A DNA stretch of 64,000 bases, taken from positions 17,491,653 through 17,555,652 of the forward strand of contig NC_134028.1 in assembly GCF_964204645.1 (NCBI RefSeq), given 5' to 3'. Shown here one piece after another: positions 26,756 to 40,800 of the stretch (position 1 is the stretch's first letter; each line of letters opens with the position of its first letter). Under the pieces are notes generated by a model. The model worked only from the letters and a program-made list of their open reading frames with translations, did no database searches and was not told the DNA's origin. Source of the DNA: Tubulanus polymorphus (taxonomy: Eukaryota > Animalia > Nemertea). The position numbers were made by a program, and so were the translations under genes.

Positions 26756-27369
26756 TTAGTCATGCAATTCAAGTCATCATTTATTACACGTTACTTCCGT
26801 GTTGTTGAAAATCTCGCGAGTCCTGGACCAAACCCCAATGAACAATGTGATCTGTGTGCTGGCCGCAAATGCACACAGATCACACTACACTACCCATTAC
26901 ACACTCCAGTACCCACAGCTTTCATATATCCATCCAAATATTTAGTGTCTTTCTTACTGGATAGGCCAATGAAAGCTCCGGTTTGCTGAACTACCCCTAT
27001 TGCGGGGATGCGGTATGGTGTTTGATCTGACAGTTTCAAGTGGTTAATGGGTGTTTCAAGTGCTTACAACGATGCTTATTACTTCATGTGGTACGTGGCT
27101 GGTAAAGAGTGTCATAATACCAATACGCTAAAAGTATACCGCTAGGGCTTCGTAGAAAGACCACTGCCTGTGGCCTTCCCAAATTTTAATTTTCCTGTTC
27201 GATTTGATTTCGTTCAATTAAGACTGTGACGTCAGTAATACTCGCATTTATTTTTCGACCCTTCGACCTTTAACCTAAAACAACTTATTCCCTATTACTC
27301 TTAAAATATTCATATATATGAATATGAATAACTTCTAAAATCAATTTTAATAAAAAATATGTTATTAAA

Positions 27370-27723
27370 ATGGAGAGTAAACAAATACACTGTGAGAACA
27401 ACAAATCATTTCTAGATAGAATAAAAGATATCACAAATGCTAAATCTGTAGATTATAAATTTAAGAAGTTGACAGAATCAACAATTCATAAGAAATATCT
27501 AATTACAAATATTGATACAGTTACTAACAAATATGGAGATAAATTAGTTATCTACTTAGAATATGAGGGATTAAAAGGAAATAAATATAAATTCAGAACA
27601 TATTTACCAGATAGATTTCATAGATTATCAAGTGAAGATCTAGAAGAATTATGTTCTGGCGATTTCTATTTCATATACAAAGGTAAGAATGAAAAAGGGC
27701 ACCATGATATAGATTTTGAATAA
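27370..27723 (+). CDS. Conserved 117-aa Polinton protein (KKLTE..KKYLI..TNKYG..TYLPDRF), function unknown
   Basis: Intact ORF with a close paralog at 43130-43483 and fragments at ~33650-33788 and 54790-54847. Confidence 0.8.
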   Translation: MESKQIHCENNKSFLDRIKDITNAKSVDYKFKKLTESTIHKKYLITNIDTVTNKYGDKLVIYLEYEGLKGNKYKFRTYLPDRFHRLSSEDLEELCSGDFYFIYKGKNEKGHHDIDFE

Positions 27724-27760
27724 TATAAAATCAATTTTAATAAAAAAATTTAGTATGAAA

Positions 27761-28522
27761 ATGAAAGCAAATAAGAAGCACTATTAATTGTCCAACATGT
27801 AAAATCAATATAAATAAATCTCAAAAAGCAAGGCATAATAAAACTAAATCTCACTTAGAGAATAAATTGAAATTAGAATATAAAGATGATATACTAGAAA
27901 CTAAATTAGAAGAATTAAAGAATGAAAAAGAAATATATAAATGTGATACGTGTAATCAATCATTCAGTAACAAAAGATATTATAAAGAATATTTAAAATC
28001 TAAAAGTCATATTAGAAATATGAATAATGATATTTTAGGTGAAGATTATTTTGATAATGATAATAATAAACCGAAGACAATTAAAAGAATAAAAGATACT
28101 CTGAATAATAAGAAATCATATATGGAAAATGTTAGAAATTATATTAATTCATTAGATAATAAAAAAGATATTGAAATAACCGAAGCATTTAAAAGTGATA
28201 TTGGTCCAGCAGCTATCGAGTTTAAATTTCACAAAGGTAAAACATTAGAAGAAAATAAAAAACATTTAGAAAATATGAAAAATATTACAAAAATAATTAC
28301 AGACGTAGAATATCGTAAAATTAGTATTATATATATTAGTAAAGTTAAATTTTTAAAATCTGAAGATAAACAAATATATAATATAAATTCTCATTCACAA
28401 CATATTATTTCAAAACAGCATATAGATGATAAATTAAATAAATGCTATAATGAAATAAAAAGGTAAAATAGAAGAGAAATATTTTGAAGGATCTGGTTTA
28501 ATATTCGATGAAATAATATTAA
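27761..28522 (+). pseudogene. N-terminal fragment of pPolB with two C2H2-like zinc fingers
   Basis: CPTC..RHNKTKSH and YKCDTCNQSF..KSKSH; colinear with 37845-39810; cut off by Gypsy sequence. Confidence 0.8.
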
Positions 28523-31500
28523 TGGGGTGGCCGAGGTAGAGCTCCAGTTGGGAAACTGCAGATTCATGGTCCCCATGGTAATAGCCGATGACTTGGCTCA
28601 GGAGTGCCTGCTAGGTAGTGACTTCTTTGAACAGAATTGTTGCATTACCCTGGTAGAGTTCTTGAGTGTGGCCTTACCCATGTACCATTGGAGACAAAGG
28701 ATGCACGACCTATTTGCTGTCGTTTGTTCCTGACCGAGATTTATTACACTCCGGGAGGCCATGAGGTCGTGGCCAATGCGTATTTCAAGCAGAGATATAG
28801 TGTAAATAACAATTTTGTTGTCTTGGTTGGTCGAGGGAACCGTACTCCGTGCCTGGCTGGCAAATCTCTGGTATGTCCGCGGGATGGGAAGGTTACAGTC
28901 CGCCTGGCGAATTTTTCAGATGACACCCTTAGGGTTCGTCAAGGGGAGTTTGTGGGTATTTTCTCACCTATCGAATCAGTCGATGTACTCACTGTGCAAG
29001 TTCACCCAGTCCTGGCAGTGTGGCTGTCACAGTGTATCTACGTTGCTCTACGATCCTGTGTAACCACTGTGGTACATCAGACACTAAGGTTCTTGGTGAA
29101 TGTGCAAGACACTTCTGGTTTGTCGGAGACGGAACTGCCTCAGCCCCAGCAGGATCCCCATGATTTAAAGGGTCTTTATGACGAACTAAACGTCGATAGT
29201 CTCCAGATTTTGGAGGGTGATCGGGAGGATTTGAAGACTGTCCTAGCGCAGCATCAAGGTGTATTTTCTCGGGGGATTTTGATATTGGGGGGACACCCCT
29301 CATTAAGTTTGAAATCGATACCGGGGAGCAGAAGCCGATCAGGCAGCATCAACGACGTCTGCCGCCCCATCACAAGCAATTTGTTGAGGGGTACACTGCA
29401 GAACTGTGTGACCAAGGTCTAAGGCCATCCCAGTCGCCTTGGGCTAGCCCAATCGTCGTAGCCAAGAAAACTGATGGCAGTTTGCGTCTGTGCTGTGACT
29501 GCAGGAAATTAAACTACGTCACAACTAAAAACAGTCACCCGTTGGGGCGAATAGATTCTACCCTCAAGGCACTTTCGGGATCGTCATGGTTCTTGTCTCT
29601 GGATCTAACCAGTGGCTACTGGCAAGTGCCGATCCAAGAATGTGACAAACCAAAAACAGCTTTTTGTTCTGAAAACCGTTTGTGGGAATGGAATGTTATG
29701 CCGTTCGGTCTCACAAATGCTTCGGCCTGTTTCACCCAGTTCATGTATTTGGCTCTCAACAAGGTGTCATGGAAAACAGCCTTGATCTACATCGATGACG
29801 TCATAGTCCACTCTGCGGATGTGGCGTCCCACATTTCTAAGCTGTCAGAGGTATTCGGTTGTTTCAAAGCAGCAATTATGAAATTGAAGCCAAGAAAATG
29901 TCACCTCCTCCAAAAGCGGTTAAAATTCTTGGGCCATGTCGTGAGCGGGAACGGAATTGAAACTGACCGGGGAAAAATTGACAAAGTCCTAGGTTGGCCA
30001 GCCCCTGCCAATGTGTCAGAAGTACGAAGTTTCACTGGAAATTCATAGTTGACTGTGATGCTAGTAACTGGGCTATAGGTTCAGTTCTTTCACAGTTGCA
30101 AGACGATCACACAGAACCACAGAACGAGTAATAGCATATGGGGGTCGAGTTTTGAGAGGCGGGGAGGAGAACTATTGCGCCATGAGGTGAGAAATGTTTT
30201 GCTCTAGTCGAATCAATTGATTATTTCCGCCACTACTTATTGGGTGGTAAGTTCCTTCTCTGGACTGACCACGCAGCCCTAAAGAGGCTTCGGTCATCCT
30301 ATGTACAAGTCGCCCGCTGGAATAAAAGGCTGGCGGACTACGATTTCGACATTCAGCACAGGCCTGGGCAGAATCACTAAAATGCTGATTCACTCTCTCG
30401 TATTCACAAGAGAGGCGCCAAGCATCATGGGGATTACTCTAGTTGTGGCGTCACCGGAATTCCAGCAGTGACATTCGTGCAAACGATTGGTATATGGGTC
30501 CTAACTCGGGTCGAGATTGGTGATGATGACATAAGAGTAGTCAAGGAATTAGCCCAAAGGGGTTTGCAAAAGCTAAACACTGATTCCCTGCGTCAGTATG
30601 GTTCTAAAGCGAGGATTCTCTTGGGCGAATTTGAACGCTTGGCTATGGTAGAAAACCTGCTTGTTCTGAAACCACTTCCTGGCGCCAGATTAGCCAAAAA
30701 TCGGGTGGTTCTGCCAAAAGTGCTATTACCTAAGGTCCTATCTTACCTCCATAACGGTCCATCCACTTAGGTAGGCACTTAGGGACCACTATGACAGAAC
30801 GTTAAGTCCGCCAACGGTTTTGGTGTCTTGGACTGGCGAAGGCAGTCAAAAGCTTTGTCAAGCATTGCCGTATAGGGCCTATGTCAGCAATGCAAATCCC
30901 CCCCCCCCCCCTAAACGACCTAAAGCGCCAATCGGTAGGAGAGGGCAAAGGCTGCATATCGACATTGTTGGCCCACTGTAACGAACAAAACGTGGGAACG
31001 TTTATATTATTGTGGTACAGGACACATTCACCAAGTGGGTTAAGGCCTGGCCCAGCTAGAAACCAGAAAGCACCAACAGTTGCCAGGAAGGTCGTGAATA
31101 AGTGGATCCACGCTACGGATGCCCCGAAAGTATTCATTCGGACTGTGAATCGAATTTTGAATCTCGACTGTTCAGTGAGATGTTGTGCTTGCTTGAAATT
31201 ATGATCACTTATCACCCAATGGAGAACGGCCAGGTCGAGAATTTTAAAAAAGTCTATAGAATCGATGTTGACCACGACGGTGAATGACATGGGGAATGAC
31301 TGGGACGAGGAACTGCAGTCCTGTTTGATGGCTTTTCGTTCCAGTGTGCAGGAGTCGACTGGCGAAACGCCATTTTTCATGACATTCGGCAGTGAGATGA
31401 CCCTACTACTGGCCGTTTTAGTTAGCCCTCCTGAGGAACTTGTCCATCTGACCATGTTTAGCCAGGACATGTGTAGAAACCTGAGTGAAGCTTATCAGAG

Positions 31501-31525
31501 AGTCCGTGACCGCCTTGGAAAAGTC
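28523..31525 (+). mobile_element. Degraded Gypsy/Ty3 LTR retrotransposon pol (protease, RT, RNase H, integrase)
   Basis: CLLGSDF, SPWASPIVV, LDLTSGYWQV, MPFGLTNA, YIDDVIV, FLGHVVS, PESIHSD, STGETPFF; many frameshifts; no LTRs seen. Confidence 0.92.
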
Positions 31526-32600
31526 CAACGATTATAGCATCTGTTTCTGATGTGTGCTGACGCCATTATGGCATATGGCCATAGTTCTTTCGTTTGAAAG
31601 AGCATACATCTACCCATCTCGAACAGGGTGCGCCAATATCGTTCGGCGGTCCCGTTTTGATGTGGGCTATACGGCGCTGACATATCGTGCCGTATGCGGT
31701 TCTTTTTCATCAGATTCTTAAACGATTCATATATGAACTCTGAACCTCTATCTGACTTCAGATTTTTAACTCTCCTGAAAGGTGCCATGTCCGCTAGAAA
31801 TTTTTCTGCTGCTACCGTCGTGCTACTTTAACTTTTCAAAAAGTACACGAATACGGCACCAGAATAGTCATCATTGAAGGATAAAGCATATCTAAAACCT
31901 TCGCTGGAGACTGGATCGATAGGTCCAGCTAAATCTGTATGAACCAGAGATAGGGGTGATTTTCCCAGAAGATCAGGTTTTCTGTTTATGGTTGAGGTCA
32001 TTTTTCCTAAAGTACATATATTGCAATCACCTGGATTTCTAATAATACCAGTTATCTTTATTCCTTCAACTACTTGTTCTAGTTGGAAAATATCATTGAA
32101 GTTACGAAGACCTAATATTTCGTGCCAACTTTGTAAATCACGAGTTACATTCATGAAATCATTTTGATATTCACTTATCATTATTGGATGCAGTTTTCAA
32201 ATAATACAATCTACCAGCCTTTTTGATGTCATATTTTCGACCACTTTGTTCCGATTCCGCCGAGTTTGGATTGAATACTACCGTTGCTCCTTCTTGGGTG
32301 GCTGCCTGAACGAAAAATACATCTTGCGGGTAGCTTGGTACATATAAAACGTTTTTAGGTTTGGTTTGAACATTATTTCCTGCAGAGTCAATTATCGATT
32401 ATTTAGCTTCGCCGCGTCTGAGCGCTACATTTGATGATCTATCACCGTTCGCAAGTTCAATGTAGTGATTTTCTGATTTGAAAGAGTCATCGAACTTTAT
32501 GAATTTTGAAATATCTGTAATGATGTGCGATATCGCACCGCAGTCCACTAATAGAGAATTCTTATTCGCGGAACACGCGAGTAATTGGAAAATGTTGGTT
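31526..32600 (-). mobile_element. Degraded Ty1/Copia fragment (protease, pre-integrase zinc finger, integrase)
   Basis: LVDCGAISHI, WHEILG..CNICTLGK, VHTDLAGP, SDRGSEF, SPHQNGTAER. Confidence 0.9.
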
Positions 32601-33979
32601 TCAGGCCAGAGGTCGAGAGGTCGGCACATCACTCATCACCACAAGTAATTTCTCCCCCTGATAAATGGGAGATAGAAAAGCTATCTTAGCGACAATAAAT
32701 AACAGAATAAAACCAGCAAAAAACAATTTGAAATAAAAAAGTTAGTCGATGTTACAAAAGAAATTGAACATAAAATATTAAAATTAGAAAAGATAAAACT
32801 AAATATGGAGATAAAATATCAGCAAATTTAAAGGCCGAGGAGCAGTATAAAAGCCCAATCAATGTCAAAGATGGCAGTACCCGAAGCCATAGTGCAGTGG
32901 AGAGCTCCAACGGTTGAACCTGGAATTCTCCTATTTTCTCTGTTACATATCCGATTTGGATCCTCCTTTTTGCCAGACATATGTATTAATGTGTAATATA
33001 TTCATTTCTGCAGTCAAAAATGTGTTTTAGGCCCTCCTCTTTGAGAAATTAAGCTTTTTAGTTGGCAAAATTTGAATCGTTGAATGACATAGAAGGAGGA
33101 GTTATCCAGTGAAATAGTGTAGCTCACTGATCACAGTAACAGTAATATGATACCTATAGTTATCAGTATACATAAACAAAACATAGCCTCATTCATAGTA
33201 CCAAAATTTGGCAACATCAAAACTTTTTCTATGGTCAATGGATCAGTCTGAAATTTTATACACTTGTTTAGCTATCTACCATCAATGTTGTGTCCAAATC
33301 TCATCGAAATCGGTTTAAAAATTAATGATTTTCAAAAAATTTGAAATGTCTCTAAAATCTTTAATCTTGGCCCTATCTCTACAAAAAAATTATTACTAGC
33401 ATCAGATTTTCATTCCCACTATGACTAGACTAGTTAAAATTAGTTTAGAACTTGATACGAAAACTTTTATGAATATGTCAAATTTAACTGTGTGTGACCT
33501 GCAGTTAATGTTGTAAGCCATCCTCGCTCACTCTAAACATTATAAACAAAATACTGTAGTTAGTGGGACGGCCGATCTCAAGTGTTTGCCACTCGATGTA
33601 CTAGCATCCATACTCCTCAGCCTTTAAGTTACTGTAATGTTAGTACAACTCGAGAATTCAAAGTATTTTTACCTGATAAATGGGTTTCATTGAGTACAGA
33701 GGAATTAAACGATTTAGAAGGATTTAAAATAATCTATCATGGAAAAAATGAAGACGGTCATCATGATTTAGAATTGTTGACTAAATAAAAAAAAAATAAT
33801 TTAAAAAAATAAATTAAAGAAATAAATTAATAAAAATAAAATAAAGAAAAAAATAAAAAATATGAATATCTAGAATCCGAAATGACTTATCTTGACAATT
33901 TAATTGCTCCGCGTAGATAGACAAAAGTAGTGAGATATGCAATTAATTAAAAATAAAATTATTTTTTTTTGCTTTTTTT

Positions 33980-34851
33980 CTAAAATATTAATCCATTTTT
34001 TATTGTGAATTTTGGAATTTCAGAAGTATTTTTATCTTTAATAGTAGTAGTTTCAGAATTATTAATATCATAAATTTTATTTGATTTTTTATACCAACTA
34101 CATCTAATCAAAATGAATACAATTACAAATCCAGTTGTAAAATATAAATATTTATCATATATTCTATTATTAGAAGGGGTAGAAATAACAATATTTTCAC
34201 CCTTTTTAAATACTCTTGATTTAATTCCTAATTGCCGGGACCATTCAATTTGTTTCTGAGTTCTCGGTTTTTTCTTCACAGTTATTTCCTTTAATTTTTC
34301 CACCTCGCTGATTTGTTGTAGAAAATTTTTTCTTTCAATATTCTAAAATGTTATAACTCCAGTTGATAATAATGTCATAAATCCACCAAACTGAAATGAT
34401 AAATATCCAATCCATTTATTTAATTCAGTCATAACTGAATAATCATTTTTTAAATCGGAATATTATCTATTTTGCATCTTGAATTGGTAGCATATAATTA
34501 CATAATTTACTTGAACCTTTTACTACATTTTCTGATATCACGTCATTAATTCTAGCCATTCTCGCAGTTTCATAAATCTTAAATGACTTAATAATTTCGT
34601 CTGATTTCATTGTATCTAATTCATTATAAGTTAAATTTTTACTAATAAAACTTTTACATTTCCCAGATGCTATTAATATTTCTAAGTGACGTTTGCAATA
34701 AAGATAATATTCATAATTATTATTTGTAGTAATATCATTTAAAGCACCATTATCGGGAGTTAATTTTTTTTTCTGTTATACCTAAATCATCCAAAGTTTT
34801 TACAATTGGAACATCACTATTTTTAGATTTTATTTTCTTTTCCTCTCCCAT
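33980..34851 (-). pseudogene. Degraded homologs of the 200-aa and 122-aa Polinton genes
   Basis: KTLDDLGI..YEYYLYCKRHLEILIASG and KKPRTQKQIEWSRQLG match 59545-60508. Confidence 0.75.
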
Positions 34852-35059
34852 TTAAATAACAAAAAAATTATTTGTGTTGTTGCAACTAGAATTCAACTAG
34901 AATGTAACTACAAATATACTAGATTAACAAGCTAGTTGAAATATTATTGTTTTTATTTATTTCTTGTTGAATTTTATTTGATTTTTGTTTCAACTACCAT
35001 TAACTAAAATTTAACTAGAATGTGAATAATAATATAATAGATTAACAAGCTAGTTGAGT

Positions 35060-35656
35060 TTAAATAAATTTATATTTAAATGGGTGTTGTAATCGAAATA
35101 GTAATTTAGATCTTTTATTATTTTTCAATTTACCCCTATATTCATTATGTAAATCATGTGGACTAATATCGTTTTCCTCAAGTGCATTCTTCATTGATTT
35201 TCTATCTTTATTGTATACTAAAAATCTAATGTTTTCTCTAAAATCTTTAACAATTGAACTATATGCTTGATTCAAAACCCACGTTATTATCCCAAAATGT
35301 CTCCCAGAAAAAGCTAAATAACATAATTCACTTTCTCGTATTTTTGAATCATGTAAATTCGCACAATCATCTATGATAAATAATATATTTGTTCCTTTAT
35401 AAATATCAATTGCTATTTTAATACAATTATCTAAATTTCCTTTAACTGTTTTAGGGTCTTATACAATAAATTTATTATTTCTAGTAATATTTCTATTATA
35501 AGTTTGATTGAATTCATACGTTGGACAAAATAATACTTAATTATCAAAATAGTTTTTATTAACAGTATCTAATAAATTCAATATAAAATAAGTTTTTCCA
35601 CAATTTATTACACCAGAAATTAACATATTATGAGGTTCAAATATAAATAATTCCAT
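35060..35656 (-). pseudogene. A32/FtsK-like packaging ATPase
   Basis: Manual translation shows Walker A SGVINCGKT, Walker B ILFIIDD and SGRHFGI; it has an in-frame stop and a frameshift. Confidence 0.85.
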
Positions 35657-35671
35657 TATTCATTTATATAT

Positions 35672-35925
35672 TTTTTATTTTACTCGATAATATCCATTCA
35701 TTAAATTTATCTGGCCATCCAACCATTTTACTAAAGAATATTTTTTTCTTTTAACAGTTTTTGTGTTAAGTACTTTTTCAATTTTATATTCTTGTTCTGG
35801 ATTTTCAGTAGTTAAACTTAATTCTTCATTATAAAAATACCCATAAACTCCTTCACCATCTAAATCTTCTAATTTATAGACATATGGTTTTGTTGTTATT
35901 ACATTTTTTATTTTATATATCTACT
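35672..35925 (-). pseudogene. Polinton integrase C-terminus with chromodomain-like region
   Basis: PYVYKLEDLDGEGVYGYFYNEEL..YKIEKVL..LVKW..GWPDKFNEWI. Confidence 0.8.
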
Positions 35926-35934
35926 TTTTCTAAA

Positions 35935-36288
35935 GGCCTTAGATTCTTCCAATTCCAAATTTCCAAGCTTTTTATTATAATCATCATTCATGTTAAATTT
36001 AGATATTGGTAATACGTGATCAATATGAAAGTATTCACCACATTTATAAAGATTCATTTTATCGTCAAACTGATATATTATCCATGATTTTAAGAATTCA
36101 TCTGTACAACCTAAAACATTTGATAGTGTAACTGAATGCGTTGCTTTACTAAATAATTATGATAATCTATTACTTAGACATTGTCTCAATTTACAATTAA
36201 AATCTGTTTGATATTTTTCTTTATGATATTCATTTTGATACGCTTTAACGCGTTCTGGATTATTTTCCTTCCATTGCTTAATTTTATC
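35935..36288 (-). pseudogene. Endonuclease-VII/HNH-like gene fragment
   Basis: LGCTDEFLKSWIIYQFDDKMN..GEYFHIDHVLPISKF; its 5' part is replaced by Harbinger sequence. Confidence 0.8.
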
Positions 36289-37560
36289 GGCTGCGTTTTT
36301 CAAAGCGGTAATAAGCCCTATCCCGGTGACAAATCGCTATCCCGGTGTTAAATATTTTAATCACTGGGATAGTGTGTTTTTCAAACCTGTGTTAACTTTA
36401 TCACCAGGATAAAATCAGCTATCCCAGTGATAAAGTTAACACACCTCCGACGTGGTGATAGCAACACTATCACCAGGATAAATTATCAAAATGGCTGCCA
36501 TTTTTTATGATGATATCTAAGAACGAATTTATAGACACCCACACCGCTATCGATATCACGAAACAGTTAAATTTGCAATTAATGATTATTCAAAAATGAA
36601 GTGAGACAGAAGTATAGATTTAGTTCGGAAAATATCACACGAATAACGGATTTAATTCGAAAAGATATAACGTATGATACACAACGTTCCAAAGCACTTT
36701 CTGCTGAGTTACAAGTGAAGGTTGCTCTCCGATATTACGCAACGGGTAGTTATTTGGAAGCACCGGGTGATACATCTGGTCTTGTTAAATCTACTGTTTG
36801 GAAATGTGTCCATAGAGTATCAGAGGCGCTTGCCAGAAAAAGTAACGAATATATAGTCTGGCCGACCACAGATCAGGATAAAAATCGAATACGCCAAGGT
36901 TTCTACGATTTTGGAGGTTTTCCTAATTGTATTGGTGCAATTGATTGTACGCAGATTCGTATCGAGGGCCCGCAAGAGAATGAAAATGCATATGTCAACA
37001 GAAAAGGATTTCATTCAATAAATACCCAGGCAGTATGTGACAGGTATGTTTTGCTTCTTGTTTGTTGGTTTATTCTGTCAGTATCGAGTTTATCAGTAAA
37101 TCAACTTTCTTTTAAATAGGTAAATTTACCAATGTTGTAGCGAAGTGGCCAGGCTCCTGTCATGAGTCACATATTTTCCGCAACTCGGCACTCAAGAGGT
37201 AAAAAATTGGTACCTTGTTTAAATCTATATTGTCTAAATTAATTCATTTATGTTGTCTGAAAATTGCATTTAAGGTATTTAGAAGATAATTACAGAACCC
37301 TTGAAGACGGATTGATTATTGGTGATAGTGGCTGTGGTTGCTCATCTTACCTAATGACACCATATTTGCGGCCAAGTAATCTAGGACAGGAGCGTTACAA
37401 CCGAGCGCATACATCATCAAGAGTACAAGTTGAAATGGCTTTTGGAAAATTGAAAAAACGTTTTTTTGGTAATTATCAAATTAACCAATTGCTGGGAAGC
37501 AACTATGACTAGAATTCAACTTCCACTTTTCAAGAACTACATTTGTTTTAGGTTTTTACG
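36289..37560 (+). mobile_element. PIF/Harbinger transposon, 5' end and intron-containing disabled HARBI1-like transposase
   Basis: GGCTGCGTTTTTCAAAG start with TATCCC/GGGATA subterminal repeats; ALRYYATGS, FPNCIGAIDCTQI, YVNRKGFHSINTQAVCD, KWPGSCHES, IGDSG..LMTPY, VEMAFGKLKKRF; short GT-AG introns. Confidence 0.9.
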
Positions 37561-37844
37561 ATGCATCGATTAAATCGCAATTTTCTATTTTCTTGAAGAA
37601 CACGGATACATACTTCAAGGGGATAAACAATTAATTGCAGTTGATTAACTGATTGAGACTCTATCAGACAATCAAATCAACTAGACCCGATGCGCTATAT
37701 ACCCGATGCGCTATATACCTATACAATTTCAACCTTTAACCTGAACGCCTATTATCCCTATTACTCTTAAAATATTCATATATATGAATAACATATAAAT
37801 GAATAACTTCTAAAATCAATTCTAATAAAAAATTTGATATTAAA

Positions 37845-40800
37845 ATGGAAGCAAATAAGAAGTACTACTGTTCAACATGTAAAATCAATATAGATAAATC
37901 CCAAAAAGCAAGACATAATAAACCTAGAACACATTAAGAAAATAAATTCAAGTTAGAATATAAAGAAGATATATTAGAAACTAAATTAGATGAATTAAAG
38001 AATGAAAAAGAAACATACAAATGTGATACATGTAATCAATCATTCAGTGATAAAAGATATTATAAAGAACATTTAAAATCTAAAAGTCATATTAGAAATA
38101 TGAATAATGATATTTTAGGTGAAGATTATTTTGATAATGACAATGATAAGAAACCGAAGACAATTAAAAAGAATAAAAAAATTAATTAAACAATAAAAGA
38201 CCATACATGGAAAATGTAAGAAATTATATTAATTCATTAGATAATAAAGAAGAAATAGAGATAACTGAAGCATTTAAAAGTGATATTGGTCCAGCTGCTA
38301 TTGAGTTTAAATTTCATAAAGGAAAAACATTAGAAGAAAATAAAAAACATTTAGAAAATATGAAAAATATTATAAAAATAATCACAGATGTTGAGTACCC
38401 TAAAATTAGGCTGTTCGAATATCACGGATACCGGATACCTAAATACCGGATACCGGATACTCGAGATTGCGGAGTATATAGCGCATCGGGTCTAACGGTC
38501 AGCGGTAAACGGCAGTTCGTGTGAGATCAAGTAGAAGAATAAAAGGCCTAGATTATTTTCATAATACATCGGTATATGCTTTTCAAGTACAGTAGCATAC
38601 AAACGTCACCGGTATAGACAATTCAATACAGATTCATTGCTTCCGAGTAATAACACGATTACATACGACAGACACGGTAACAAACAGTGGACAGAAAATA
38701 TTTTTTATCATTCTGCCAATTTGAACGGATTACCGAATAGACCGTTACCGTTTTGGGCAGAGCTACTGTACAATACAAAATATCTTTATCATTCAGTTTC
38801 ACCGAGAAGGCCAAGTTATTGACGATCTATATTTTCATGATCTTTAGAATCAAATTTAACATCAGGGTAAATAGTCACTTAGAGAAATGGTAGGTACCGG
38901 TATTCGACGAACTGATTTTTGAAGGTTATACCAAAACAATTGGCGTCCAGGGGTGTTTATTTTCGACGATCGCCATGGACTAAATTTAATTTTTAGGGAC
39001 ATCGTGATTGAGAATGAAATGTAGACATATCGTCCAATAAATAGAATATACCGAATATTCTACTCCATAAGAAAACGAATTTTAATTCTTTGTTTGTAAA
39101 TACTTGTATTTCATTGGTGTTCAGCTCAACTATTCCATCGTAAATCAACAAATACAAAATGTAGAGATCTTTAAAACAAACTTTATTTGAAGAAACGTTA
39201 GAACAGCCAGACTCGCTTATGGCTTTTTTTTCTAACTTGAGATATAGGGCCTAGCAGTACTCAGCCCTATTAACGAAAGGATTTTACAGAAAAACCAAAA
39301 AGGGCCACCAATACATATCCATCACCAGTGAAGTAAGATAATAAAAAATAAATATAACGTTTAACTTCACCTAACCAAGGAACAACAGTATTCAGAAAGA
39401 AATATGTATAATATTGAGATCGATGATGACACTAAAAACGTTAAAGCAGGCTGTAATCAGGCTGACAAATAAGTTGGTTAGCCTCTGTAACAATTTGAAA
39501 AATTAACTGTATGTCGCGGCAGTACTACTTACAACAGCACGGAAACGACTCCTTAGACCCATCCGGTATTCAGGTGTCCGGTATCCGGTATCCGTGATAT
39601 TCGAACAGCCCTAAAATTAGCATATCTTCTAAAGTAAATTTATAAAATCTGAAGATAAACCAATATATAATATGAATTCTCATTCACAACATATTATTTC
39701 AAAACAACATATAGATGATAAATTAGATAAATGTTATAATGAAGTGAAAACTAAAATAGAAGAGAAATATTTTGAAGGATCAGGTTTAATATTCGATGAA
39801 ATAATATTTATGACTTTACATGTTTATAACACAAAATATAATAAGTTAACTAAATCAAAACCAATTGATGAAAATAATTTATCATATTATAAAGATGATG
39901 ATATAAATGGATCAAGTTATATCAAATTACCATTTAAAACAAATGCTGTTATAAATGTACAAAATGAAGATAATAAATGTTTTCTATGGACAATAATTAG
40001 TTGCTTACATCCAGTTGAGGATTACAATAAACATACTTATAGATTAACAAATTATAAACAAATTGAAAATAATTATAAGATAGACAATTATCCAGTTAGA
40101 ATTAAAAATATCCCAAAAATAGAAAGAAATAATAATTAAAGAATAAATGTATTGAATTTAATCAAATTGCCAAAAACAAAAGGTAATAAAATTGAGCATT
40201 ATACATTAGAACCTTTGTATTTATCAAAATATTATGATTCAAATGGTGTTATAGATATATTATATTATGAAAATGATTATATGTGGATAAAACAAATCGA
40301 TTTATTTTTTTAGAACAGAAAATAACCACAATAAAATATATCTATGTAGAAAATGTTTACATAGATTCAGTAATGAAAGTAAATTATTAAATCACAAACA
40401 ATTATGTGATAGTCATGATTATTGTAAAATAGTTTTACCAAATGAAAAGGATAAAATATTAGAATTCAAAAAATATGATTACAAGAATAAAGTACCATTT
40501 GTAATATATGGAGATTTTGAATCACTAAATAAGGAACTAACTGATCAAGATAGAAAAGAAATATATTATAAAAGAAAGAAACTAAACTATGAAAATGATT
40601 TTTCAGAAGAACCACCAATAACAAATACTATTAAAAAGATTCATCAATCAGCAGCAGCTTTTGGATTATATATTAAATCTGATTACCCAGAACTAATTAA
40701 AAGTGAATATTATAATAACAGAAATGAAAATGTTATCAATCATTTTTGTGACTTATTAATCGAGTATGAAATAAAATTTTATGAAAAGTTAAATGAAAAT

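Larger units (their letters stand above)
27234..28522 (+). mobile_element. Polinton/Maverick-like fragment 1: terminus remnant, 117-aa gene and 5' part of pPolB
   Basis: Abrupt AT-rich shift; terminal motif ...CCCTATTACTCTTAAAATATTC shared with three other copies; genes homologous to those at 37845-43483. Confidence 0.85.
33640..36288. mobile_element. Polinton-like fragment 2 (more divergent family)
   Basis: AT-rich; holds a 117-aa-like C-terminus (+) and, on the minus strand, an HNH piece, integrase C-terminus, ATPase and two small conserved genes. Confidence 0.85.
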
